A DNA stretch of 64,000 nt from Mytilus edulis (Eukaryota): contig NC_092350.1 of assembly GCF_963676685.1 (NCBI RefSeq), positions 72,106,001 to 72,170,000 on the forward strand, given 5' to 3'. The first letter of the stretch is position 1, and the number at the start of each line of letters is the position of its first letter. The notes below the pieces were generated by a model that saw nothing but the letters and a program-made list of their open reading frames with translations, had not been told where the DNA came from and made no database searches. Positions 35,847-48,276 of the stretch are shown in pieces. The position numbers and the translations under genes are program-made.

Positions 35847-37449
35847 AACCTATAAAAACAATCTTCATATTATCATACAGTATCACACATGTTTAAATTT
35901 AGAATGTATATAAAACACTAATTTACATCTTATATCTTTAAAATATAAGTACTGCGACATTATTTTTTCCATCATTATATTTGCATATTGTTTTGTAGTC
36001 AAATAAATCAAATGTCATCTGATAACCAAATTTATACAATAATAATATAGTGTATGCTCTTTACTTCGTATATAATTTGACTCATATACGGTTATGAACC
36101 TAATATGAAAATTAGAGGATTTGGTATAATTGCCAATAAGACAACTCCCAACCGCTCCTAACCAAACATCAAAAGACATACAAGTTGGCAACAATATGTA
36201 ACTGTAATTCAGCAAAACCCACATAGCATAGTCAGCAACGCCACTGATGATTCTCGTGTAGTTTACACTTGATACTTACAGAAACAGAGAAACTTATCTT
36301 ACTAACAGAAAATAGAGTATACATATTTATATAAACTATGTAAATGATGTCAATTCCACATAAACCCTGTTAGATGGTCAATAAAGCTTCATAATAAATC
36401 ATTATAAAATATAAAAAAAATGTTGGACTTTACTTATGGTCACTGAAGAAATAAAAAGATCAGGAATAATCATTGAACATCTACACCTTTTAATTATTAT
36501 GTTTTAGATATATTTTACCTATAATCCTTTCTAGTATGGTAAAACCGAATAATTTTGATATACGAAAATAGTTAAAACTCGAATTATTAGTCATTTCAAC
36601 TTGGACAATTGTATTCGTTGTTTGAAACTAATAATTTATATGTTGAATTAAATGACGATGGCAAAAATATGCAATGTCAGAAGGTTAAATTTATACGCTT
36701 ATGCAATCTATATATAACAGAAAGAGATAAATAAAATAGATCCATGTCTATTGTTGACGAGAGTGTTTTGACTACTGATCATCAATTTGGTTTTGTTCTG
36801 GTGTGGGGTGTCATCCGCGACGGGTGCAACATGTGAAATCGCCCTAAGTTTTTGGTGGGGTTCGTGTCGTTGTTGTGCCCCTATTTGTGACATTTTGTTC
36901 ACGCATCTTTTTCAATATAATTGAATTTGATACGACTGCCGTACAAGTGGGAGGTTTAGCAATATAAAACCAGCTTCAATCCACCATTTTCTACATATGA
37001 AAGTGCCTGTACCAGTCAGGAATATGACAGTTGTTGTCCATTCGTTTGATGTGTTTTGTCATTTGATTTTGCCATTTGATTAGGGTCTTTCCGATTGAAT
37101 TGTCCTCAGAATTTAGTATTTTTGTGGTTTTACTTTATACTAAGGATTGTTTTATTCCTATAAATTCCAATTTTCAGATTGAACAATAAAGACACAAGTA
37201 TTGCTTGAAACAATTTTGATAAAATTTTAAAAGGGAGCATTATGCCATCTTAGAGTAAATGCCTGGGGTCTTTTTGTTACATATTTAGAATATTATTTTA
37301 GGAAAAATTTTAACTTAATTTGTCCATTTTTATAACTTTGTTTAGTGAATTTTATGGTTGCACGTCCTACAGTGTCAATGATTAAGTTATAATTTTATGC
37401 TGTTTGATATATAGAACGATTAGTTTTGATATTAAAAATTGTTATAAAT

Positions 37450-37579
37450 ACCTTAAACTCAATAAAATAGAAGAACAGTATCTCAGTTCATCACATTTAA
37501 CAAGCTCAGTCCTTTGTAAACGGAAGTAAATAACACGTCATATTTCTCGAAACACGTGATATAGCAACAGGTAAGATAA
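37450..37579 (-). promoter_or_regulatory. Promoter/exon 1 module, unit 1
   Basis: Donor TAAG|GTATTT; CGGAAGT 37521, ACGTCA 37535, CACGTG 37553, AGATAA 37574. Confidence 0.62.
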
Positions 37580-38500
37580 CTTTAAAAAAATCAATAAAGT
37601 TTTGTAAAGTCCAACTTGTATAGCTATAGATATATATATCCTTTGATGTTTAAATGTTCTATTGTTATATAAGGTATATCTTAAATGACAATTTTAAGAT
37701 AAAAAAAGACAACAAAAAGGGGACGGCCTGGGATTGCAATTAATTGAAATGTGAGATTCACTTGGCGAACATATATTTTATATATGTTGACAAGCAAATG
37801 TCCGTGAACACGTTAAAAGGAAGTTCGAAAAATATTATTATAATATTTGCAAATGTTTTCCTTTATTAAGGATAAAAGAATAAGAAATCAATTGAACTTG
37901 GCGACACTACTTTTTTAAAATTCTTGAATTTAAAAAAATAGTTAAGTCTGGTAGAAGATGAAAAATGATTAATTGTTATTGTATTTGAATAAGGGATGTT
38001 GGCTACTTTGTTTCAAAATAACAATTTTTAACTCAGATTTTCCCTCTCCATTGTAGTTTTTGAGATTTGATTTTTCCATTTGATAAGGGACTCTCCGATG
38101 GAATTGTCCTCAGAGTTCAATATTTTTGTGATTTTATTTAATACTAAGGATTGTTTTATTCCTATAAATTCAATTTTCAGATGGAATAATAATGACACAA
38201 GTATTGCTTGAAACTAAGTTTGATACAATTTTGATACAATTTTAAAGGGGAAGCATTATGCCATCTTAGAGTAAATGGCTAGGGTCGACTGATTAACTTT
38301 TTGTTACATATTTCGAATATTATTTTAGGAAAATTTTAACCTTAACTTGTCTAATGTCATACTTTGTTCAGTGAATTTTACGGATAGACGCCCTTCTGTA
38401 TCCACAATGTGCTTAATCAAGCAGGCAAATGAGTTAGTGATAATATTTTGTTGTTTAATATATAGAACGATTAATTTTGATAGCAAAAATTGTTATAAAT

Positions 38501-38630
38501 ACCTTAAATTCAATAAAATAGAAGAACAGTATCTCAGTTCATCATATTTAACAAACTCAGACCTTTGTAAAAGGAAGTTATTAACACGTCATCTTTCTCG
38601 AAACACGTGATATAGCAACAGGTTAGATAA
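38501..38630 (-). promoter_or_regulatory. Promoter/exon 1 module, unit 2
   Basis: Donor 38502; GGAAGT 38573, ACGTCA 38586, CACGTG 38604, AGATAA 38625. Confidence 0.6.
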
Positions 38631-39555
38631 CTTCAGAATAAAATCAATAAAGTTTTTTAAAGTCCAACTTGTATAGCTATTGATATATATATCTTTTGTT
38701 GTTTAAATTTTCTATTGTTATATAAGGTATATCTTACCTGACAATTTTAAGATAAAAAAGATAACAAAAAGGGGACGGCCTGTGATTGCAATTAATTGAA
38801 ATGTGAGATTCACTTGGCGAACATATATTTTATATATGTTGACAAGCAAATTTCCGTGAACACGTTAAAAGGAAGTTCGAAAAATATTATTATAATATTT
38901 GCAAATGTTTTCCTTTATTAAGGATAAAAGAATAAGAAATCAATTGAACTTGGCGACACTACTTTTTTTAAAATTCTTTAATTTAAAAAAAAATAGTTAA
39001 GTCTGGGAGAAGATGAAAAATGATTAATTGTTATTGTATTTGAATAAGGGATGTTGGCTGCTTTGTTTCAAAATAACAATTTTTAACTCAGATTTTCCCT
39101 CTCCATTGTAGTTTTTGAGATTTGATTTTGCCATTTGATAAGGGACTTTCCGATCGAATTGTCCTCAGAGTTCAGTATTTTTGTGATTTTATTTAATACT
39201 AAGGATTGTTTTATTCCTATAAATTCAATTTTCAGATTGAATAATAATGACACAAGTATTGCTTGAAACTAAGTTTGATACAATTTTGATACAATTATAA
39301 AGGGGAAGCATTATGCCATTTTAGAGTAAATGGCTAGGGTCGACTGATTAACTTTTTGTTACATATTTCGAATATTATTTTAGGAAAATTTTAACCTTAA
39401 CTTGTCTAATGTCATACTTTGTTCAGTGAATTTTACGGATAGACGCCCTTCTGTATCCACAATGTGCTTAATCAAGCAGGCAATTGAGTTAGTGATAATA
39501 TTTTGTTGTTTAATATATAGAACGATTAATTTTGATAGCAAAAATTGTTATAAAT

Positions 39556-39685
39556 ACCTTAAATTCAATAAAATAGAAGAACAGTATCTCAGTTCATCAT
39601 ATTTAACAAACTCAGTCCTTTGTAAAAGGAAGTTATTAACACGTCATATTTCTCGAAACACGTGATATAGCAACAGGTTAGATAA
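39556..39685 (-). promoter_or_regulatory. Promoter/exon 1 module, unit 3
   Basis: Donor 39557; GGAAGT 39628, ACGTCA 39641, CACGTG 39659, AGATAA 39680. Confidence 0.6.
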
Positions 39686-42117
39686 CTTCAAATAAAATCA
39701 ATAAAGTTTTTTAAAGTCCAATTTGTCATGTTTGTATAGCTATAGATATATATATATCTTTTGTTATTTAAATTATCTATTGTTATATAAGGTATATCTT
39801 AACTGACAATTTTTAGATAAAAAAAGACAACAAAAAGGAGACGGCCTGTGATTGCAATTAATTGAAATGTAAGATTCAATTGGCGAATATTTATTTTATA
39901 TATGTTAACAAGCAAATTTCCGTGAATATTTGCAAATGATTATCTTTATTAAGGATAAAAGAATAAGAAATCAATTGAACTTGGCGACTCTACTTTTTTA
40001 AAATTCTGTCATTTAAAAAGTAGTCCAGTCTGGGAGAACATGAAAAAATATTAATTGTTATTGTATTTGAATAAGGGATGTTGGCTACTCTGTTTCAAAA
40101 TAACAATTTTTAACTCAGATTTTTCCTCTTCATTGTAGTTTTTAGATAAAAAAAAATATAATTAAGATATGTTATCATTATATTTTATTTGTATCCAAGA
40201 CGGCCAGGTTAGTTGCCTAATTGGTAAACACATTCTCCAAGTTTAGTTGAATTGTTTCAGTTGTGTCAGAAGAGATGGTCTTGAATAAAGTATTCGACGT
40301 AAAGAAAGTATGTCAACATTGTCTTTTCTGAGTATTTTCCCTGTTTAACAGTTTCTACTTATGAATGCTTTCGCGGTCTTATATCTTAAGATACGAGTCT
40401 AGTCGTTTAATGTAACTTTACCGATTGTGTTCTTTCCCTAAATATTTAGGCTGAAATTGGTTACGTTTAAAAAAAAAGAGAAATGAGGACAACAGTAGTA
40501 TAATTAAGATAGTTAAGAACTGATTAAGCGAAGACAAATCCGGGAAGTTATTAGAAAAAAATGTCTACGACGACTGCGACGAATGCTTAGTGATTGCAAT
40601 ACTTTTACAATGGTGCTCTTCTGCACACAGTTTCTACGAAGAGCACAGTGTGTATTTGTATTATTTGTTTATATGTCTGCTTGTAAACATGGTTATAACA
40701 GGAACGCATGTCAATCAACAGTTTTCTTCGAAAGTTATTTTGATATCGTCTATTCAACCATATACACGGAATGTTGGTGCGTTGTAATGTTATAATGATT
40801 CCAGACATTGCGTATTGTTTTCTTTGAAACTAATTCAGTGTATATTACAACAAAATTGAGAGTTCGAAAAAAATATAGTTACCTAAATTTTGCAGCTAAT
40901 GCCCCTTTCAGGAAAAATTAAACTTATTTACTTCAAGGTGTATAATTTGGCTATTCTATAGATTCAGAAAGCTGGTAAAGATATAAAGATAGAAAGCTAT
41001 ACATGATATAAGAAACCAGCATGAGTGGTTATTCTTTTTCAAAACATTCCTACACCAACGAACATCAAATGGTTTCCCTTATTGAATATTTTAAGGAAAA
41101 GGTGTTTTGACAGTATACTCCATCGGGATTTTTGGTCTATATTTAAAATTTGTTCCTCGTGATCCATTTAAGATTAGTTCTATCCAGTTTATGACATGGA
41201 TGACTTGTAACCTTGTTTGCTTTATGTGATTTAAAATGCGATGAAAAACTTGTCGTGACTCTTGATTAAATATATCCAATGCCATATTCTATAGTCGAAT
41301 TAACTTTACAACAAAGCAGTTGATTTAAAATTTGACAATTTGAAATTTCCAATACTGTCAAGCAATATTAAAGCAACATGTACACCTACATATGGAGTAT
41401 ACCTTTATGTCTAAGTTTATCTGATATAACTTGTGGTTCTTATCGTTATTTACTTGATAAAGGTTACTCCTTATATAAAAACTATGACATAAAGGGTACA
41501 AAGTGTTTGAGTTGCAGTCATTCTTTTATAAATATTATGAACGCCATTATGATTTGCTAAAAGTTTAAAGAATATCTGTGTCATAATATGAAATTTTGAA
41601 ACGGATATGTACCCATGTTGTAACAACAATCCCGTTCTCCATTGTTTGATTGGAAAATTGCCAAAAGTAACTATAACCGGATTGTTCATGCTTAAGCAGC
41701 ACGATTGGTGCCGCATGTGAAGTAAGAACTAATTATTAATAACTTTACGGGAGCACCTGAGTTCAACCTAGTTTTTTTTTCGGGTTTATTGTTGCTCAGT
41801 TTTCCCTGTGCTTAATGTGTTAATATTATTTTTGAAGATATTTGAAATAATTCTTGTTGATACTGGAATCAAAATTTGGTTGACTTCATTTCAACAAATG
41901 TGTGTTTGTTATATAACAACGAAAAATCCACATATTTTGACGTGTTATACTCCTTTGAATTTTCACGGAAAGATCTGCAGATATTTTATAGGAAGCACAA
42001 ATAATAAACCTCATAAGAAATTACAGGAATTTATTTAGGCGGATTGGAACATTATTCCTTTTTTAAAGAATAGTAAATAATTAAAAGTCATTACACAAAA
42101 CAAGGCAAGGGTTTAGT

Positions 42118-43810
42118 TTATGAATAGTTAACGCTGTATAGAAATGCGTGACTATCTTTGTCGTTAGAAACAAGCAAATATTCAAATTTGTTGTTGAAGG
42201 AAACTGCCCAAGGAGAACCACATAAATCTGTTTTCGACAGGAGTATCTTGTGTTTTGTGCCATCAGAGGATATAGCAATAACGTTGTTTGATTCGACCCC
42301 GGCGTCGATAGCATTTCCATGTTCATCTACTGTGATGCCTCTCGGTTTCTGTAGAATCTCTTCGTCTGTAAATGTCCACAGTATGTCCCCGTTTCTTTTA
42401 TGACAAACGGATGTGTTTTTATCTTTCTTTACAGAATAAAGAGTGTTGTTTAATTCGGTAATACTTCTTGACACCACCGTACTGCTAATATTATTTGTCT
42501 TGTTTTCCTCTAACCGGAACTCTTTTATTTGTCCGTTCTCGAGGCAGACTATAAAGGTGCCTTCAGTGTAAGTTGAGCAGACAGCAGGGTCAATCGTATG
42601 GATACTTTTGATTGTTTTTCTAGATTTAATATCAACTAGATAAATATTCTTCTTTGTATAAGATATAACGGCAACAGTTTCATTGTCAACACATGTTACA
42701 TCAATAATTGTTTGCATGATGCTGATAATGTTATTCTCTGTTTTTCCATCAGCTGCAATCAATATCAAATAGGAAGGGTCATATTTTACCACTACCGAGT
42801 TTTCATTTGCCGAAATACAACAGCCTGACACATTGAAAGCATTTGTGTTCATTTTTGTTTTTAATTCCAGTTTCATATGCTCCAAAGAACTTGTAGATTT
42901 TGCATTCACTTTTATCATTTGAGCCTGATCAAGCATCCGTCTTTTTAATGATAATTTACTAGGCATGGCATTCACGACAACTTTTCCGAACTTAGTTCTT
43001 TCGTTGATTATATTATGCAATAAAGTGTTCAAGTGGAAAGAAACTACGGTTTGAGACAAATGGTTACCGTCAATCCAAGACTGCAAGTCGTTACTTGTTT
43101 TATTTAGTTTGGTTTCTAAATTTGTCATCCCTAAAAATGTTTGCTTATCTGTTGCATGTTTCTTGATGCTTTCTACATCTTCTATCCATTCCTCGATATC
43201 CCTTTGCTTTTTAATCAAGGCCATAATGAAGTTTTGTATATGTTTAGTTGAATTTTCCACAGCTTTGGTCAGTTCAGCAACAAGATGGTCTTGTAGTTTA
43301 TCAAGATGGTGATTTAACTGCTGTCGAGTCACAGAAATCTCGAATTCGATTCTCTCTATTGAAGCTGATATTGAATACATATTCATTCGTCTGTCTTCCA
43401 GAATAAGAGCAACGTTCCCCTTCATTTCCTGGAGTGAGGACAGGATTTCTGTAAAATCTACAGATGTTTTAACTTTTTAACGACATCTTTAAGGGGGGGT
43501 ATTTCTTTGCAATTTCTGAGCTTTTCTGAAACAACACGTTTTCTAAAGCACATTCATTATGCTCTTTGCAAAACAATAGATATTTCTCATCATGCTTTAC
43601 GTAGTTCAGTTTTTTGTTTTCAATAAAAGCTGGCAACGTTTCATATTTTCCAATCGGAAAAACAGTGTGGTTTCTTGATGCCTTAGATAAACTATGACGT
43701 TCTCTGCTTTATTGGCACAATCCTTCGTTACAATCAGAGCACCAAACAACAGAAAGCTTCAAAATATGTCGTAAATCACAAATACAACAATTTTTAAACG
43801 AGGAAGCCAT
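42118..43810 (-). pseudogene. TRIM-like copy 5, pseudogene (same subfamily as copies 1 and 7)
   Basis: ATG at 43810; GAA>TAA at 43711-43709; 1-nt deletions near 43545 and 43473 relative to copy 1; several B-box Cys/His residues changed. Confidence 0.92.
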
Positions 43811-45480
43811 AGCCTGTAAAATAGTATATGTTGTGTAAAATTTGTAAGTTTAATATAAAGCTAAAAAGTTGTTGTATGATTGCCAATGAGACATTTCTCC
43901 ACAAAGACCAAATGAAATTGTCCGTTCCTAAATTTTATAGATGTCATCACGAGTTTGTTGACCGTTATTGAAGATGGTTAGGAATATGTTACAAATGTCG
44001 GAGATACAATTTTGTTCCTCTTTCCCCGAATGTGATCTTCCGATTTTGATTTATAAACGGCTTTGTAATAACACGGCGGGTGCCTCATGTGGATCAGGAT
44101 ATGCTGACTCTTCTGGGGATCGTCCATAATTTGTTCATGGGGTTTGTGTTGTCTTATTTTGATTTTTGTGTATTATTGGTTGTCTCTTTGTCATTTTCTT
44201 TTTTAGTCGATTTAGTTTATTTCGACTTATATGTTTGATTGCTTTTTTGTGATATTTACCCTCTATTTCGATAATGGAGGCAATATAACAAAAGATCACC
44301 ACACGTACTCTTACAATGAGCAAAATCCAAACCACGTCAGTCCTAAATGAAATGAAATGAAATGACAAGTGTAAAATAATTTAAAAAAAACAAAAAACTA
44401 ACAGCCTGAAATATGTACAAAATAATGAACGAGAATCAAAAAAAATAATATATAGCAATAAACGACCACTATTAAATAAAAGGCTCTTGATGTGTTACAT
44501 GGAAATGCAGCATGAGGGCGTGGTTAAACTAGTTTCTGAAGGCACAAATCCTCCCCTTGTTACTTTTAGGAGTGTGTTCCTATCATTTGTTCGTGACATC
44601 CATAATATTAGTACCTTGTAATTTTCTTAACATCCCCTAAATAAAAAAGCTCCTTGTCTTTGATTACACATGCGCGGGTCAGATAACCAAGGTTATAAGC
44701 TACAACAATTTCACTGTGAAATACTATCCATAACACTATTTTACAATGGAATACTGCCAATTATCATTTGTATAACTCTGTCCGTGAAATGATTTCCTGG
44801 TAAAATTATTTCTGCCTGTCGACTCCTCTGCCATAATATTGTTCGAGTGTTCAAATTTATTTTATGAAATGTATTGTATATCCGCCCACAAAAACTGAAT
44901 CTAAATGTCTGCTATACGGAAACATTTATTATGTATATTTGAAATACCGGTAGGGAAGTGTTTTGTCTACCAAACAAATACATATTCTAACATTTAAACC
45001 TTTCAAATTGGTATTTACAGTTGATGATAATAACTGTATCTAATATACGTGTTTTGCTTTTGATTAATAAAATTGAAAAAGTTAATGTTATCGATGTCTA
45101 TAATTTAATTTTATTGAGACAACATTTATGAAAATATTTTATGCGATATAGAAAAAAAAATTAATCATGTTTAACTTCCATATAACAAAAAACATGTCAT
45201 TATAATCAAACTTTGCAATATTACCAATATGCCTAAACAAATCGTCCTTCTTTGGACATTATTTTAGAGACGGAAACAAAATATAATTAGTAAGAATACG
45301 ATACATTCGATAAAATTGGAATACAATCTAAAACAATATGTCTTATTTAGATCATCGCCCTGATGCAAAAGAGGATTTAATCAACCAATGTAGCCCATCC
45401 AGTTATATATTTTGGAATGGAAGCCGTATTCCACCTATAAACGTTTTTGTTATGACAGCATTTTTTAAGCTTTTGTACAT

Positions 45481-45579
45481 ACCTTGGATGCAATCAAACA
45501 TACAAACTGTCAAAAACTAAGGAAGTAATTAATACGTCATATTCCTATAATCTCGTAAATATAGAAATAGATTAGATAT
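45481..45579 (-). promoter_or_regulatory. Decayed promoter/exon 1 module of TRIM copy 5
   Basis: Donor CAAG|GTATGT 45482; GGAAGT 45521, ACGTCA 45534; the E-box position reads CTCGTA and the GATA position AGATAT. Confidence 0.5.
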
Positions 45580-46581
45580 TTTAAACTTTTAAAATCAATG
45601 AAATGAAAAATAACAGCAACATAGTTAAATGGCACATTTAGTTTCAAATAGACCTAAAAATCTTGGTTTATTTGCCACAAAATCCCGTTTGACTTTCAAA
45701 TGCAATCAAACTATAAATAATGATGCTCTGCTCGAAGTTTCCCCTTTGTTTATGTTCAAAACGGCCCATCTCTATTATTCATTATCTTTGCTGTTTTTAT
45801 GCTATTGCGGTATGAAATTTTCGTAATTCAAAGCATACAGTTGGCTTCATTAACCTTAAGGTTCATCATAACAAATGGACAAATATGGCCGTATGTTCAC
45901 CTCAAAAACTACTCTGTGTAAAGACCAACCTATGAAGTTTGGAAAGTTTTAAGGCCTGACATCCACTTGATATATAAAAGTTAAAAGTATTTTGCATATC
46001 AGAAAGATAAAATCTTTTTTGGATTTTGATGGGCATTTTTTTCCTTCATGCAGAAGGTGTAAAAATAAACATATCAGTTGTTTTCAGAGAACTTTCATGT
46101 ATTCATAAAACTCCAAGATATTCTTTAATTTACAACTAAGTTTATTTCTGTAGAATATTTGGAATGTTTAAAAAAAATATCAATTATAAACCTAAATATT
46201 ATATTATCAAACATCAGAAGTAATAGAGTACAAGACACTTATTTGATTACGACATGAATACAACTTCACAATGGATAGAACATGAGAAACAATGAAAAAG
46301 AAAGCACACATTGGACCTCCAAATTTATACAAAATATGAAAATAAAATGTGGCATCAATGCAAACGATAAAGAATCCAAAAACCTAAACCAAAACCATTT
46401 ACTTGTAGTTGAATATATTTTGAACACGTTTTTTCATGTATTTCATATACATTATGTACAAATTGCCTCCTAATACACAACCTTTCAATCTAAAAATGAA
46501 ATCAAATGCAGTTGATATAATAAAATAAGTTGTCATTGTCTATAATTAAGTTAAAAAAACAATTTAACAGTAGCGTTTATT

Positions 46582-48276
46582 TTAAGCATAGTTAACATTG
46601 TATACAAGTACTTGACCATTTCGTTCGTTTGCCACAAGCAAAGATTTCAATTTGATGTTGTAGTCGATTGCCCACGGTTTTACAACCAGGTCTGTTTTTG
46701 ATAGTAGTATTTTGTGTTCTTTGCCATCAGAAGATATTGCAACGACGCTATTTGATTTGTTCCCAGCGACGAACACATTTCCGAATTCATCTACTGCGAT
46801 ACACCTGTGTTTTCGTAAAGCCGTTTTGTTTGTAAATGTCCACAGCATCTCACCGTTCCTATTTTGACAGATGATGGTATCTGTTTCTTCGCTTTTTCCA
46901 AAGAACAGTTTATTTCCCAGAGAGGCGATATAATTTGAGGAAATAGAACTACCAATGGCATTTGTCTTGTTATCCACTAAGCTGATTTCCTGCAACTGTC
47001 CATTATTTGGAGAAACTATTAAACTGCCATTTGTGTAAGTCAAGCCTAGACAGGGAAAGATTGTTTGGATCCTTTTTATTGTTTTCCCTGATTCAAGACT
47101 AACTATTGAAATGTTTTTATCAGAAGCTGATGCTACTGCAATAGTTTCTTTACCGACACAAGAAACATCAAAAATTTTGGGCATTATATTAGTTATTTTT
47201 TTTTCAAGTGTGCCATCAGGTGTTAATAACACCAAAAACGAGGTGGCATAGTTTGAAATCACAAGTTTACCGCAAGGCAAAATACAGCAACCTGAGACAT
47301 TTGACGCTGATATTTTTATTTTTGTTTTTAAGGTCAATGTGATATGATCAATTGTTTTAGGCTCCGTCTTTACTTTCATCAACTGAGCCTGGCTATCTTT
47401 CCTCCTTCGTATTGGCAGTTTACATGATTGCACGTCTACAACAGGTTTTCCGAACTTTGTTATCTCGTCTTTAATGTTATTAAATACAGAGTCTATCTCG
47501 TACGAAACTACGATGTGAGGCAAACTACCACCATTTATCCAAGACTGCATGTCATTTTCTATTTGATTCAGTTTATTTTCTAAAAGCCTTGTTTCTATAT
47601 ATGTTTGCATATCGGTTGCATGATTTTTTATGCTTTCTACATCTTCTATACACTCGTCTGTTTCTCTTTGTTTATTCTTCAGAGATGCAATGAAGGTTTG
47701 TATTTGATGGGTCGATTTTTCCACAGCTTTGTTTAATTCAACAATGAAATGGTGTTGTATTTCATCAAGGTGTTGATTTATCTGGCGTCGAATCGCTGAT
47801 ATCTCTAACTCTATTTTTTGTTTCGAACCAAACAGCGAAGATATCTTCTTTTGTCTGTCCTCAAGGATACGTTTCAGAATTTCTTTCATTTCTTGGAATG
47901 AGGACTCGATTTCGGTAAAGGTTACAGATGTTTTAGCATTTTGAATGACATTTTCAACGGGGAACATTTCTTTACATTCTACATGTTTCGCAGAAATAGC
48001 GCATTTTCTACATAAAACTTCATTGTGCTCCTTGCAAAACAATTGGTACTTCTCGTTGTGTTCATCGCAGTGCAGATTGATGTTCGCGGTAAATGATGGC
48101 AATTTATGGTATTCATCAAAAGGAACAGTCTTGTGGTTTCTTGTTGCCTTTGACAAGCTATGGTGTTCTATACAGTCTTGGCATAGTCCTTCATCACAGT
48201 GTGGGCACCAAACCACGGATGGCCTAGAAACGTGTCTTGAACTACAAATACCACAATGATCAAAAGAGGAAGCCAT
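46582..48276 (-). CDS. TRIM-like copy 6, intact 564 aa
   Basis: TTACAG|CTG ATG at 48276 (the 16-aa N-terminal extension in the ORF track is essentially intron); full domain set. Confidence 0.93.
   Translation of the reverse strand: MASSFDHCGICSSRHVSRPSVVWCPHCDEGLCQDCIEHHSLSKATRNHKTVPFDEYHKLPSFTANINLHCDEHNEKYQLFCKEHNEVLCRKCAISAKHVECKEMFPVENVIQNAKTSVTFTEIESSFQEMKEILKRILEDRQKKISSLFGSKQKIELEISAIRRQINQHLDEIQHHFIVELNKAVEKSTHQIQTFIASLKNKQRETDECIEDVESIKNHATDMQTYIETRLLENKLNQIENDMQSWINGGSLPHIVVSYEIDSVFNNIKDEITKFGKPVVDVQSCKLPIRRRKDSQAQLMKVKTEPKTIDHITLTLKTKIKISASNVSGCCILPCGKLVISNYATSFLVLLTPDGTLEKKITNIMPKIFDVSCVGKETIAVASASDKNISIVSLESGKTIKRIQTIFPCLGLTYTNGSLIVSPNNGQLQEISLVDNKTNAIGSSISSNYIASLGNKLFFGKSEETDTIICQNRNGEMLWTFTNKTALRKHRCIAVDEFGNVFVAGNKSNSVVAISSDGKEHKILLSKTDLVVKPWAIDYNIKLKSLLVANERNGQVLVYNVNYA

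Larger units (their letters stand above)
37062..40146. repeat. Tandem triplication of a ~1.05-kb unit containing the putative promoter and exon 1 of TRIM copy 4
   Basis: Homologous donors at 37451, 38502 and 39557 (periods 1051 and 1055); units 2 and 3 are nearly identical. Confidence 0.95.

Noticed and set aside
37568-37576. Plus-strand CAG|GTAAGA donor (also at 50352) suggesting a divergent transcript
   Set aside because: Other module copies read CAGGTTAGA or CAGATTAGA; the conserved part is AGATAA, not the donor.
38347-39665. Two near-identical 87-aa plus-strand ORFs
   Set aside because: Non-ATG starts, by-products of the tandem triplication, and not preserved in unit 1.
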